DNA of 64,000 nt from an uncultured Coriobacteriales bacterium (GCA_963761535.1 CAVXGS010000002.1:1189852-1253851); one strand, 5' to 3'. Shown: positions 13,311 to 23,003, counted from the first letter of the stretch. The notes: a model not told the origin generated them from the letters alone. A program made the numbers and translations.

Positions 13311-13416
13311 TCGTGCCGACAAAGGACGGATGGACGATACCAGTGAAGCGTACCGCCCATCCGTATCTTCTGCTGTCAGCGACGGTGTCGGCGCACTCGC
13401 GCCGTCCCGCACGCGG

Positions 13417-16400
13417 CTACTTCACAGAGATCGACCTGTACCCGCTGTAGGTCGCCGTGTGGCTGGAGTCGCCGTGGTAGGCCCGCATGCGCCACGAACC
13501 CGCGCTCGGCAGCGACAACGTGCCGGAGTACCGCGTGTACCCGCTGTAGTCCGACGCGTAGAGCGTGACCGTCTTGCGAAGCACCCAGGAGCCCCGCTCG
13601 TACCGGTAGCAGTACAGCTTGACTGCCCCCGTTCCGGCTTCGTGCCGAGGCTTCAGGTAGCCGACCGCCTTGAAGCTGGCTCCTCGGCGAACCGAGGACA
13701 CCGCGATCGGCGTGGTGAGATACGCACGGGCCAGGACACGGACCGCCGGCGAGGAGGCAGCGGCCCACGTCGTGCTGCCGGGGTAGTCGAGCTTGAAGTA
13801 CGTGCACCTGGGCAGGCGGACGCTCGTGCTGTAGAGACCCGTGGACGACGTGAGCAGTCGATAGACCGACCACGTCCGGCCGTCCGAGGAGCGCATCAGG
13901 CGGACGGTCTTGCCCCTGAGCAACACGCCGCGGTCGTTCCTGAGCGAACCGCGCAGCGTGACGATCCCGTTGTAGCTCACGACCGCCGTGCTGCGGCTGA
14001 GACTGGTCGTGGTCTTGCGAACGATGTTGAACGTCACCGTCTGCTTGGCCTCGGTCCGGCCGCTGGTGTCGATCGACCAGAACTCGAGCGTGTGGCTGCC
14101 GTAGCCGGCGACCGCGACGATCGTGCCCGAGGTCTCGGCGCCGCCATCCAGCCGGTAGAGCGTCTGCTTGACGCCCGATCCGTCGGTGGCGCTGAGGCGG
14201 ATCGTGGCCGAGGTGACGTAGGTCGGCTTGGCGTCGCTCGTCGTGACCGGCGGCATGGTGTCCACGACCTCGAAGTCGTGGGTCTGGTGGACCTCCTCGT
14301 TACCGGCCTTGTCGATCGACCAGTACTCGATGGTGTGCACGCCGGCCTTGGTGATGACCGCCGTCGAGCCGGTGAAGATGCTTCCCCCATCCAGACGCCA
14401 CTTCGTCTCTCTCACGCCGCTGCGGGCGTCCGTGGCCTGGAAGGCGATGGTCGCGGTGTCGTCGTAGGAACCGACTCCGTCCATCGTCGTGATCGGCTTC
14501 GTCGTGTCGATGCCGAAATGCACCACGTCCGAGTCGCTCGTGCCGAGCGAGCTCGTCGCGGAGGCCTCCACGGTGTAGTCGCCCTCGGCGGTGAGGGTGA
14601 CGGGCACCCAGGGCACGCCGTTCAGCGCGACCTTCTTGCTGGACTCGACGATCTGGGGCCCGATGAAGCTGACGACGGGAGTGACGCCGTGGTTGTAGTA
14701 CGCGCCGTCCTCGACGCCGCCGATGGTGACGCTGACCGGCGGGGCGAAGGCCTGAATCCGGTCGTTGCCACTGTCCGCGACGTAGACGAGGCCCTCGGCG
14801 CTGACCGCCACGCTGCGCGGCAGGTAGAGCTCGCCCTCGAGCGATCCCTTCTTGCCGAACTGCGACGCGAAGGTGCCGTCGGGGGTGAACACCTGGATCC
14901 GGTTGTTGTCGGTGTCGGCGACGTAGACGTTTCCGGCGGCATCGCAGGCGAGCCCGCGCGGGGATTTGAACTGGCCGGGCAGGGTGCCCATCGAGCCCCA
15001 CGACCCGAGCACCGTGCCACCCGAGCTGAAGCGGACGATCTTGTTGTGTGCGGTGTCCGCCACGTAGACCGAACCGGCGTTGGGCGATCCGTCCGGCGCC
15101 ACGGCGATGCCCGAGGGGTTGGAGGAGAGGCTCGGCATGGTCCACGACCCCACCTGCGTGAGCGACGGCGTGCCGTGCGTGAGCGTGAAGATCTCGATGC
15201 GGTTGTTGCCGGAGTCCGCCACGTAGATACGGTCGGTGTTCGCGTCGATAGTGCGGGCCGCGATCGCCTGCGGATTGCGGAAGCGCACGGAACCGGTGCC
15301 CCACGCGCCCCAGACGTACACGGAGGCAGCGTCGGGGTCGCCCGATCCGAGGTCGGGACTCAGTTTCTGCACCCGGTGGTTACCGGCGGTGCCCAGCGGC
15401 CGACCGCTCGAGTAGGTCTCGTCCTTCCCCTCTTCGATCACGAACACATCGCCATCCTCGGCGACCGCCACGCCCTGCGGCGTGTCGAAGTGCCCGAGGT
15501 TGGGCAAGGCCATGGGCGGCAGCATGCTCGGGAGCCACTGCTCGAACGTCCCTTGGCTCCCGAAGGTCTGGACGCGGTGGTTGTCGGTGTCCGCGACGTA
15601 GACCTTGCCGGTGGGTCCTACCGCCACGCCGCCGGGGTTGGCCATCCAGCTCTTGCCCTTGCCCCAGCTTGCGTTGTAGCCGACCGTCTCGCCGTAGTCG
15701 TCGAAGTCGCGAAGCATCGACTTGCCTTGGTCGGCGACTCGCACGCGCACGGCGCCGTTCTTGGTGAAGGTCGCGACTCCTCCGAACTTCTGAGCGGCCA
15801 TGGCTCCGTCGTCGGTGAAGTTGTTCCAGTGGTAGCGCCCCTGCTGGTTCAGCACCAGATCGGCACTGCCGCTGGTGTTGGCCTGGAAGCGCTGCAGCCG
15901 GGGCCCGAGGATGTCGTTGTCGGCGACCCAGATGTAGCCTTCCCCGTCGACGCTGATGCCACCGGGGAAGCGGAACTTGCCCGGGGCGTAGAGGTTGGTG
16001 TACCCGCCGAACATGCCCAGATGCTCGCCACTGGCGTTGAAGTGCTGCACGTAGCAGTTCTCGGTGTCGCCCATGCCGCCCGAGCGATCGAGGACCCAGT
16101 TGGTCCCGTCGGGAGCGATGGCGATGCTCGACGGCGCGTAGAACAGGCTCGGCCCTGTACCCGGCGAACCCCACTGGTCGAGGTACATGCCCGAGGAATC
16201 GTACTTCTGCACCCGGCAGTTGCCGGTATCGGCCACGTAGACGTCGCCTGCCTGATCGACCGCGATCCCCTCGGGGAGCATGAACTCGTAGCGGCCGTCG
16301 TCGGCGAGGCTCGGCCCGCCCTGGACGCCCCAGTGGTCGAGATAGACGCCGGATCCGCTGTACTTCTGGACCCTCGAGTTCCCGGTATCGGCGATGTAGA

Positions 16401-16761
16401 CCACCGCGCCGTTCGAACTCACGTCGATGCCCTGGGGCTTCTTGAACTGCCCGCCGGGGTTGCCGGCACCCGTCCACGTCGCGACGAGGTCGCCGTTGGG
16501 GTCGAACTTCAGCACCTGGCTGTTGTAGGTGTCGCACACGAAGGTTGTGCCGTCGGCCGTCATCGCGACATCGATGCCCGCCCCGTACGTGGAGGCGGTG
16601 GGCACCAGCGTGCTGAGCGCCGTTGGACGCGGTCCCATGTGCCATGTCGGCTTCGGCCATCGGGCGACCACCGAGTAGCTCGGCGCGGCCCATGCGGTCG
16701 CGGCCGACAGTCCAACAGCAAGGGCGACGGCCACGGCTATCGCGGCACTCCAGCGTCGCAT
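13417..16761 (-). CDS. large secreted NHL-repeat beta-propeller protein with C-terminal Ig-like/beta-sandwich modules
   Basis: Sec signal MRRWSAAIAVAVALAVGLSAATAWA. At least seven clear NHL-type repeats (VYIADTGNSRVQKY, VYVADTGNCRVQKY, VYVADTDNHRVQTF, IYVADSGNNRIEIF, VYVADTAHNKIVRF, VYVADTDNNRIQVF, VYVADSGNDRIQAF). Two tandem ~85-aa modules follow (DTTKPITT...HTIEYWSIDKAGNEE and DTMPPVTT...HTLEFWSIDTSGRTE). Start moved to ATG 16761 (GAGGAGGA 5 nt upstream) from the TTG at 16776 in the track. Confidence 0.8.
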   Translation of the reverse strand: MRRWSAAIAVAVALAVGLSAATAWAAPSYSVVARWPKPTWHMGPRPTALSTLVPTASTYGAGIDVAMTADGTTFVCDTYNSQVLKFDPNGDLVATWTGAGNPGGQFKKPQGIDVSSNGAVVYIADTGNSRVQKYSGSGVYLDHWGVQGGPSLADDGRYEFMLPEGIAVDQAGDVYVADTGNCRVQKYDSSGMYLDQWGSPGTGPSLFYAPSSIAIAPDGTNWVLDRSGGMGDTENCYVQHFNASGEHLGMFGGYTNLYAPGKFRFPGGISVDGEGYIWVADNDILGPRLQRFQANTSGSADLVLNQQGRYHWNNFTDDGAMAAQKFGGVATFTKNGAVRVRVADQGKSMLRDFDDYGETVGYNASWGKGKSWMANPGGVAVGPTGKVYVADTDNHRVQTFGSQGTFEQWLPSMLPPMALPNLGHFDTPQGVAVAEDGDVFVIEEGKDETYSSGRPLGTAGNHRVQKLSPDLGSGDPDAASVYVWGAWGTGSVRFRNPQAIAARTIDANTDRIYVADSGNNRIEIFTLTHGTPSLTQVGSWTMPSLSSNPSGIAVAPDGSPNAGSVYVADTAHNKIVRFSSGGTVLGSWGSMGTLPGQFKSPRGLACDAAGNVYVADTDNNRIQVFTPDGTFASQFGKKGSLEGELYLPRSVAVSAEGLVYVADSGNDRIQAFAPPVSVTIGGVEDGAYYNHGVTPVVSFIGPQIVESSKKVALNGVPWVPVTLTAEGDYTVEASATSSLGTSDSDVVHFGIDTTKPITTMDGVGSYDDTATIAFQATDARSGVRETKWRLDGGSIFTGSTAVITKAGVHTIEYWSIDKAGNEEVHQTHDFEVVDTMPPVTTSDAKPTYVTSATIRLSATDGSGVKQTLYRLDGGAETSGTIVAVAGYGSHTLEFWSIDTSGRTEAKQTVTFNIVRKTTTSLSRSTAVVSYNGIVTLRGSLRNDRGVLLRGKTVRLMRSSDGRTWSVYRLLTSSTGLYSTSVRLPRCTYFKLDYPGSTTWAAASSPAVRVLARAYLTTPIAVSSVRRGASFKAVGYLKPRHEAGTGAVKLYCYRYERGSWVLRKTVTLYASDYSGYTRYSGTLSLPSAGSWRMRAYHGDSSHTATYSGYRSISVK

Positions 16762-16801
16762 CGTGATCCTCCTCAAGAATCCTTCGCGGGTAAGACAGCG
16801 A

Positions 16802-17728
16802 CTACATGCCGAGCAACACGACGCCGATGCGGATGATCGCCGGGCCGAGAATGACGATCAGCGTGCACGGCAGGATGCAGAAGATGAGCGGGAACACCAT
16901 CTTGACCGGCGCGCGCTGCGCGTTCTCCTCGGCGCGCTGGCGGCGGCGAAGACGCATGTCCCCGGCCTGCGCGCGAAGCACCTGCGCGATGCTGACGCCG
17001 AACATGTCGGCCTGCACGATGGATGCGACGAACGCGGAGAGCTCGCTCACGTCGACGCGGTCGGCCATCGCCTTGAGCGCGTCCTTGCGCGACGAGCCCG
17101 ACTGGACCTCCTGCAGCACCCGGCCGAACTCCTCGGCCAGCGGGCCGTGCGAGTTCTTGACGAGCTTGCCGAGCGCGCTGTCGAACCCCATGCCCGCCTC
17201 CACGCTGATGGTGAGCATGTCGAGCATGTCGGGGAGGTCGCGCACGATCTGGTTCTTGCGCGACGAGATCTTGGCGCGCAGCCACAGATCGGGGGTCAGC
17301 ACGCCGACGACGCCGGCGAGCAGAGCGAGCATCGCGGTCTTGCCGAGACCCCACTGCGAGAGCACGCCCGCTGCGATGAACAGCGACGACAGACCCAGGA
17401 CAGCCACGAGCTGCGAGAAGATGAAGCGGTCGGCGTCGAGGCCGCGGGGATGGCCCGCTTCCTCGAGCCGGCCCGCGAGCTGCTCGCGGTATGTCGTCGG
17501 GAGTGCCGAGCGGGTCGCCCCGCCCACCGACTTCGCCGCCGGCACGACCACGCGCTGGCCGAACGACTTGAGCATCGGCTGCGCTTCCTTGGTCTGCGCG
17601 ACCTCGTAGCTGGTCATGTCCTTGAGCCGGCGGCTCACTCGACGGTCGTCCGACGCGACGAGCGAGAGCAGCCCGTACGCGCCGAGTGCGACCGCGACGA
17701 ACACCGAGGCGACAAGCAAGTACAGCAT
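16802..17728 (-). CDS. tadC: Flp pilus assembly platform protein TadC (T2SS-F family)
   Basis: 308 aa, N-terminal TM, cytoplasmic T2SSF-like domain (LPDMLDMLTISVEAGMGFDSAL...) and C-terminal TM helices. ATG directly abuts the stop of the upstream tadB fusion (TAGATG). Confidence 0.8.
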   Translation of the reverse strand: MLYLLVASVFVAVALGAYGLLSLVASDDRRVSRRLKDMTSYEVAQTKEAQPMLKSFGQRVVVPAAKSVGGATRSALPTTYREQLAGRLEEAGHPRGLDADRFIFSQLVAVLGLSSLFIAAGVLSQWGLGKTAMLALLAGVVGVLTPDLWLRAKISSRKNQIVRDLPDMLDMLTISVEAGMGFDSALGKLVKNSHGPLAEEFGRVLQEVQSGSSRKDALKAMADRVDVSELSAFVASIVQADMFGVSIAQVLRAQAGDMRLRRRQRAEENAQRAPVKMVFPLIFCILPCTLIVILGPAIIRIGVVLLGM

Positions 17729-19657
17729 CTAGACCTCGATCCGAGTCACGCTGAAGAGCCACAGCGAACCGACGATGAGCAGCAGCACGGCGAGGATCGC
17801 GAGGAACCCGCCGAAGAACGTCGTGGTGAACGGCTCCATGTAGCCGGGGTTCATGACGAGCAGGGCGACGGCCTCGAGAATCGGCAGCGCGATCAGGATG
17901 TACGCCGAGAGCCGACCTTCGGCCGTGAGCGCGCTGACCTGACGGCGCAATGAGCCCCTGTCGCGGATGGTGGCGGCGACGATATCGAGCACCTCGGCGA
18001 GGTTGCCGCCCACCTCCCGCTGGATCGAGATCGCGGTGACCGCAGCCTTGAAGTCGTTGCTCTGGATCCTGGCCGCCATCCGCTGCAGCGCGTCGTCCAT
18101 AGGGATGCCCAGGCGGATCTCGGTCTGGACCCGGCGGAACTCCTCGGCGGCCGGCGGACCGGCCTCCTGGACCACCAGATCGATGGCCTGCTGGATGCCC
18201 CAGCCGCCGCGCAGCGAGCTCGACAGCATGTTGAGGACGTCGGGGAGCTGGTCGTCGAAGCGGTTGCGGCGCTGGTCGATCGCGATGTTGAGCACCAGGA
18301 TCGGCACCACCGTCACCGTGATGATCGCGAGGATCGCGAGCAACAGGCGCCCGGTGATCAGCTCGACCGCGAAGCCGCTGATCACGACCGCGAGGATGTG
18401 AAGCGTCATGTACTCCGCCGGTCGCAGGGGCAGCCCGGCGGCCTCGAGCTTCTGGCGCAGCGCGCCGGTGAACCCGCGCTTGCCCGCGACGTACCCGACC
18501 GCGTCGACGACCTTCATCCGCATCCCGTTGGGATCCGCGGTGTCGTCCAGGTTCCGCTCGGACTGGAGCTGGTCGTAGTACTTGAGGTACTCCATGCCCC
18601 TCGAACCGGGCAGCACCAGCAGCGCGACCGCCGCCACAAGGAGCGCGACAGCGACGAACGCCAGCGCGATGGCCCCCATCATCGCCATCGGGTTGTCGCG
18701 CATCTGGGGCATCGTGATCGCGGCTGGCGCCGCAAGCGTCGTGAAGGTCGGGTTCGGGTAGGCGACCTCCGCCGAGGCGGACTTGGCCCCGACCGTTGCC
18801 TTCACGTTGAGGTCGACGTCCTTGGTGACGGGCTCGCGGCTGGTGTAGGTGACCGTCCACGCGTCGCGAAGCTCGCGGGCGATCCCCTCGAACAGCGCGC
18901 CGAGCTGTGCCGACTTCTCGACGGGCACCAAGCGTCCTCCGCTGCTGCCGGCCACGATGCCCAGCGCCTTCGGGTTGAAGTCCTTCGACCGCAGCGCGAC
19001 CGCGTACACCGGCACGCCACGTTCCTTGACCGCCGAGATGGCGTTCTCCAACGAGTTGCCGCTCACGGTGTCGGTGCCGTCGGAGAGGAGCACGATGCTG
19101 CGACGTCCCGGCGTGAGCGCGGGAACCATCAGCCGCGCCGAGGTAACGAGACCGTCGTAGACGGAGGTCTCGCCCTTGGCCTCGATCGAGGAGATAGCCT
19201 GCGTGAGCTTGTTACGGTCTCTGGTGAAGGTCACGAGCACCTTGGGGTCGTCGGCGAAGGACACGACCGAGATCAGCGCGTTCTCCCCCATGGTGTCGAC
19301 GAACCGCTTGGCAGCCGCCTGGGCGTCGGCCATCGGCTCGCCTTTCATGCTGCCGCTCGCGTCGATCGCGAGCACGACGAAAGCCGGCTCCGCACCGGCC
19401 TCGATGCCTGCGACCTTCACATCGCCCACGGCCTCGCCGTTCTCGGCGACCGAGACCTGCGGCTTGGCGCTGCCCTCGCCGACCATGCTGCCGGGCAGCG
19501 AGAGCTGGAAGGTGACCTCGGGGTACTTCGCGGTCGACAGGTCGCGCACTGTCAGCGAGTCAGCGGCGAAGGCCGTCGGAGCGGCGATCGCGAGCACGAG
19601 TGTCGCCGCGAGGAGTGCGCGAATGAGCGTGCGTGCCACCGTCGTCACCCCGCTCAC
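17729..19657 (-). CDS. tadB: fusion of an extracytoplasmic von Willebrand factor A domain to TadB (T2SS-F platform protein)
   Basis: Signal peptide (LVLAIAAPTAFAADS), VWA with MIDAS motif VVLAIDASGSMKG and LLSDGTD, one TM (AMMGAIALAFVAVALLVAAVALLVL), then a TadB-like region (LPDVLNMLSSSLRGGWGIQQAI...RMAARIQS...). GTG start overlaps the tadA stop (GTGA). Confidence 0.8.
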   Translation of the reverse strand: MSGVTTVARTLIRALLAATLVLAIAAPTAFAADSLTVRDLSTAKYPEVTFQLSLPGSMVGEGSAKPQVSVAENGEAVGDVKVAGIEAGAEPAFVVLAIDASGSMKGEPMADAQAAAKRFVDTMGENALISVVSFADDPKVLVTFTRDRNKLTQAISSIEAKGETSVYDGLVTSARLMVPALTPGRRSIVLLSDGTDTVSGNSLENAISAVKERGVPVYAVALRSKDFNPKALGIVAGSSGGRLVPVEKSAQLGALFEGIARELRDAWTVTYTSREPVTKDVDLNVKATVGAKSASAEVAYPNPTFTTLAAPAAITMPQMRDNPMAMMGAIALAFVAVALLVAAVALLVLPGSRGMEYLKYYDQLQSERNLDDTADPNGMRMKVVDAVGYVAGKRGFTGALRQKLEAAGLPLRPAEYMTLHILAVVISGFAVELITGRLLLAILAIITVTVVPILVLNIAIDQRRNRFDDQLPDVLNMLSSSLRGGWGIQQAIDLVVQEAGPPAAEEFRRVQTEIRLGIPMDDALQRMAARIQSNDFKAAVTAISIQREVGGNLAEVLDIVAATIRDRGSLRRQVSALTAEGRLSAYILIALPILEAVALLVMNPGYMEPFTTTFFGGFLAILAVLLLIVGSLWLFSVTRIEV

Positions 19658-21000
19658 TGCCGCGCCGGAGGTTCGTACTCGAACAGCTCGGCCGGAAGCC
19701 GGATGCCCAGGTCCTCCAGATGCCTCGAGAACTTCGGGCGAACGCCGGTGGACTTCAACCTGCCCAGGAACCGGCCGCTGTCGTCCACGCCGGCCGAGTA
19801 GTCGAAGTAGGCGATGTCCTGCATCACGATCGTTTCGCCTTCCATGCCCTCGATCTCGGCGATGTGGGTCACTCGGCGGGAACCATCGCGCAAGCGGGTC
19901 AGGTGGACGACGATGTTGAGCGCCGCACTGACCTGCTGGCGGATAGCCTTGACCGGCAGTTCGAAGCCGGCCATCAGCACCATGGTCTCGAGGCGCGACA
20001 TCGCGTCGCGCGGCGAGTTGGCGTGGACGGTACAGAGCGAACCGTCGTGGCCGGTGTTCATCGCCTGGAGCATGTCGAGCGACTCGGCGCCACGCACCTC
20101 GCCGACGATGATGCGGTCGGGGCGCATGCGCAGCGTGTTCTTCACGAGGTCGCGAATCGTGATCTGACCCTTGCCCTCGAGGTTCGCGGGACGGGCCTCG
20201 AGACGCAGCACGTGGGCCTGGTGCAGCCGCAACTCGGCGGCGTCCTCGACGGTCACGATCCGCTCGTCACCCGGGATGAACTGCGACACGACGTTCAGCA
20301 GGGTCGTCTTGCCGGTTCCGGTACCGCCGGAGATCAGGATGTTCATCCGTCCCCGCACGCACGCGTCGAGGAGCACCGCGGTGCGCTCGTTGAGCGTCCC
20401 GAACCGAATGAGGTCGTCGATCTGGTACGGGTCGCGGGAGAACTTCCGGATGGTGAGGATCGGTCCGTTGATGGCCAGCGGATGCACGACCGCGTTCACG
20501 CGAGAACCGTCAGGGAGGCGAGCGTCCACCATGGGCGACGACTCGTCGATCCGCCGTCCCACCTGGCCCACGATCTTGTCGATGATCCGGCGCAGATGGG
20601 TCTCGTCGAGGAACCGCGCGTCAGTAAGGTAGATGCGGCCGGCCCGCTCGATGTAGATGCTGGACGGGTTGTTGACCATGACCTCCGTCACGGTCGGGTC
20701 GTCCAGGAACTCCTGGATCGGCCCGTAGCCCAGGACGTTGTTGATGACGTCGACCACGATCTCCCGGCGGTCCGCCGCCGAGAGGGGCGTCGTCTCCGAA
20801 TCGAGCAGCTCGTTGAGCGTGGCCTCGATCTTCAGCCGCAGCGCGACGTCGTCGTCGGTCTCGGCATCAAGCTCGGTCGAAAGCTCCTCGACCAGTTGCC
20901 TGTGCAGCTCGCGCTTGATCTCGTCCTTCGCTGCGGCGGGTGCGGCAGCGGTGAGCTGACCGTTCTCCCCTACCTGAGAAAGACGCTCTCTGAGAGACAT
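19654..21000 (-). CDS. tadA: Tad/Flp pilus secretion ATPase (CpaF/TadA)
   Basis: Walker A ISGGTGTGKTTLLN, then IVTVEDAAEL, RMRPDRIIVGEVRG and GHDGSLCTVHANS. Confidence 0.9.
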   Translation of the reverse strand: MSLRERLSQVGENGQLTAAAPAAAKDEIKRELHRQLVEELSTELDAETDDDVALRLKIEATLNELLDSETTPLSAADRREIVVDVINNVLGYGPIQEFLDDPTVTEVMVNNPSSIYIERAGRIYLTDARFLDETHLRRIIDKIVGQVGRRIDESSPMVDARLPDGSRVNAVVHPLAINGPILTIRKFSRDPYQIDDLIRFGTLNERTAVLLDACVRGRMNILISGGTGTGKTTLLNVVSQFIPGDERIVTVEDAAELRLHQAHVLRLEARPANLEGKGQITIRDLVKNTLRMRPDRIIVGEVRGAESLDMLQAMNTGHDGSLCTVHANSPRDAMSRLETMVLMAGFELPVKAIRQQVSAALNIVVHLTRLRDGSRRVTHIAEIEGMEGETIVMQDIAYFDYSAGVDDSGRFLGRLKSTGVRPKFSRHLEDLGIRLPAELFEYEPPARQ

Positions 21001-22161
21001 CTACGACTCCTTCTTGGGCGGCTCGGCCGCGATGGTCTGGGCAAGCCCCAAGATGCTGCGCGAGACGCTGCACCTCGGGACGTCGGTAATCACGGGCACG
21101 CCCTTGTTGACCGCGCGGGGGACGCACCTGTCGCTGGGGATGTGCGCGACGACGCGGTCACCAAGGGCGCGCTCCACCTCAGCCGGTTCGAGCAGCACTT
21201 TGCTGTCAGACCGGTTGAGAACCAGGTTGACTCGGCCGTTGACGAAGCCGAGCTGGCGGAGTTTCTCCAAAGAGATACGAGTGTTCTTGATGCTGGCGAC
21301 ATCCATCGTGGTGATCACGAAGATGGAGTCGCTGCGGTCGAGCGCGGCGAGGACCGCGTCCGAGAACGACGGGGACGTATCGATCACGACGTAGTCGAAG
21401 GTGTCGCGCATCAGCTTGATCACGTGGGCGACGCGCGCTGCCGAGATGGACTCGGCTTCCTCGGGGCGCACCGGCGCGAGCATGACCTTCACGCCGCTCG
21501 AATGCGTTTGCATCAGACCGACGAGCATCTCGGGGTCGAGGCGGTCGAACGACTGGACCGCGTCGTAGAGCGTGTGCGCGGGCTTGAGGCCGAGCATGAT
21601 GCCCACATCGCCGAACTCGAGATCGAGGTCGAGCATCGCGACGCGCTTGCTGGTGGTCTTCGCCAGCGCGACCGCGAGGTTGGTCGAGAGCATCGACTTG
21701 CCCACGCCGCCCTTGGTCGAGAACACCGTCACGACCTTGCCCGGGGCGTGGTTCTCGCCGACGCAGGCGCCGCTCTCCTGCGGATGCATGCGGCGGCCCG
21801 CCGCGACGGCACGTGCGATCGCGCCCGGCATCTCGGCGTCGAGCTTGCCGTACTCGACCACGTCGGTGACCTGGCTTCGCATCGCCGCCCTGAGCGTCTC
21901 GGTCTCGAGAGATTCCGGGACCACGATCGTCGCGCCTTTGCTGGCCTGGGCCAGATAGGCTGCGAGCTCGAACGCGAGGTCGCCCACGAGCGTGGGACCG
22001 ACGACGAGCGCGTCGATGACGTGCTGCTCGGCGTGGTCGAGTGCGAGCTCGAGCGAACCGACGACTTCGACGGACGGCTGGGGGTCGAGGCTCGCGATCA
22101 CGGCGGTCGACAGCCGCTGTGCGTTCGCAGAGCCCGGTTCTGCAATGAGGATGGTCGTCAT
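21001..22161 (-). CDS. tadZ: TadZ/CpaE pilus-localisation protein (receiver-like N-domain + ParA/MinD-type ATPase)
   Basis: The N-terminal ~120 aa is receiver-like. A deviant Walker A, VVTVFSTKGGVGKSMLSTNLAVALA, follows. Confidence 0.8.
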   Translation of the reverse strand: MTTILIAEPGSANAQRLSTAVIASLDPQPSVEVVGSLELALDHAEQHVIDALVVGPTLVGDLAFELAAYLAQASKGATIVVPESLETETLRAAMRSQVTDVVEYGKLDAEMPGAIARAVAAGRRMHPQESGACVGENHAPGKVVTVFSTKGGVGKSMLSTNLAVALAKTTSKRVAMLDLDLEFGDVGIMLGLKPAHTLYDAVQSFDRLDPEMLVGLMQTHSSGVKVMLAPVRPEEAESISAARVAHVIKLMRDTFDYVVIDTSPSFSDAVLAALDRSDSIFVITTMDVASIKNTRISLEKLRQLGFVNGRVNLVLNRSDSKVLLEPAEVERALGDRVVAHIPSDRCVPRAVNKGVPVITDVPRCSVSRSILGLAQTIAAEPPKKES

Positions 22162-22180
22162 CGGCTTGGACGTCCTCTCG

Positions 22181-22963
22181 CTACTTCGAGACGCTGATCA
22201 GCGTGATGGCCGAAGGCATCTGGAGCTTCGAGCCGGCGGCAGGCAGCAGCGCGAGGCGCGTAGAGCCTTCCTCTTGCGCGAAGACGAGCTTGCCGGCCTC
22301 TTGGGTCGTGAGGGCGAGCGTGACGGTCTTGGCGACGTCGCTGCTGCCTCCCGAACGGCCACCCAGCGCCCCACCGCCCTTGTTCTGCGCCTGCTCCTCG
22401 GCCATCGACGCCGAAGCCTCGACGCCGATCTTGTTGCCCACGGCGAGGACGCGGGCGCGCGGGATCAAGACGACGGTGCGCACGGACTGATCGCCACGGC
22501 GCACGCCGCCCTTGACGGTGGCGTAGACGACCACGTAGTCGCCCGGCTTCAGCAGCCCGGCAACGCCACCTACTTCGTCCACCTCGGCGGAGATGGCCAC
22601 GAGGTCCTCAGGGACGCTGTAGGCGAGACCCGCGTCCTGCGGATACGAGAACCGCGTACGCGTGATCTGCTCTCCGGTACCGATCGGCACGGCGAGGACC
22701 TGGTCCTGTACGCCCCGAAGCGACGAGATCGCGTCTGCCGAGACGAACTGCCTGGGCACCTTGCGCAGCTCGACGAGCTTGCGCTGCATGAGCTCCTCGG
22801 CGGTCAGCCCCCGGGGCAGCTCCTGTGTGGCGACGAGCACCTCGACCGGCTGGTTCTGAGCAGCGATGTCGGTGCGAGCGCTACGGAGGTAGGTCGCCGC
22901 GAAGATCGCTGCCAGGCCGCCCAGCACGAGGGCGAGCACGATGATGAGCACCTTGGAGCGCAT
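22181..22963 (-). CDS. cpaB: Flp pilus assembly protein CpaB/RcpC (SAF domain)
   Basis: N-terminal TM (VLIIVLALVLGGLAAIFAATY) followed by VLVATQELPRGLTAEEL...VPIGTGEQITRTRF. GGGAGGA precedes the ATG. Confidence 0.8.
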   Translation of the reverse strand: MRSKVLIIVLALVLGGLAAIFAATYLRSARTDIAAQNQPVEVLVATQELPRGLTAEELMQRKLVELRKVPRQFVSADAISSLRGVQDQVLAVPIGTGEQITRTRFSYPQDAGLAYSVPEDLVAISAEVDEVGGVAGLLKPGDYVVVYATVKGGVRRGDQSVRTVVLIPRARVLAVGNKIGVEASASMAEEQAQNKGGGALGGRSGGSSDVAKTVTLALTTQEAGKLVFAQEEGSTRLALLPAAGSKLQMPSAITLISVSK

Positions 22964-23003
22964 GAGTTCCTCCCAGATCCGGTGTTGCCTACGTCGCGAG
23001 CTG

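Noticed and set aside
13273-16836. 1187-aa plus-strand ORF, the longest in the track
   Set aside because: It is the antisense shadow of the NHL-repeat gene. Its composition is R/G/D/H/A-rich with no recognisable motifs, which is typical of out-of-frame or antisense ORFs in high-GC DNA. The minus-strand product has a signal peptide and clear repeats.
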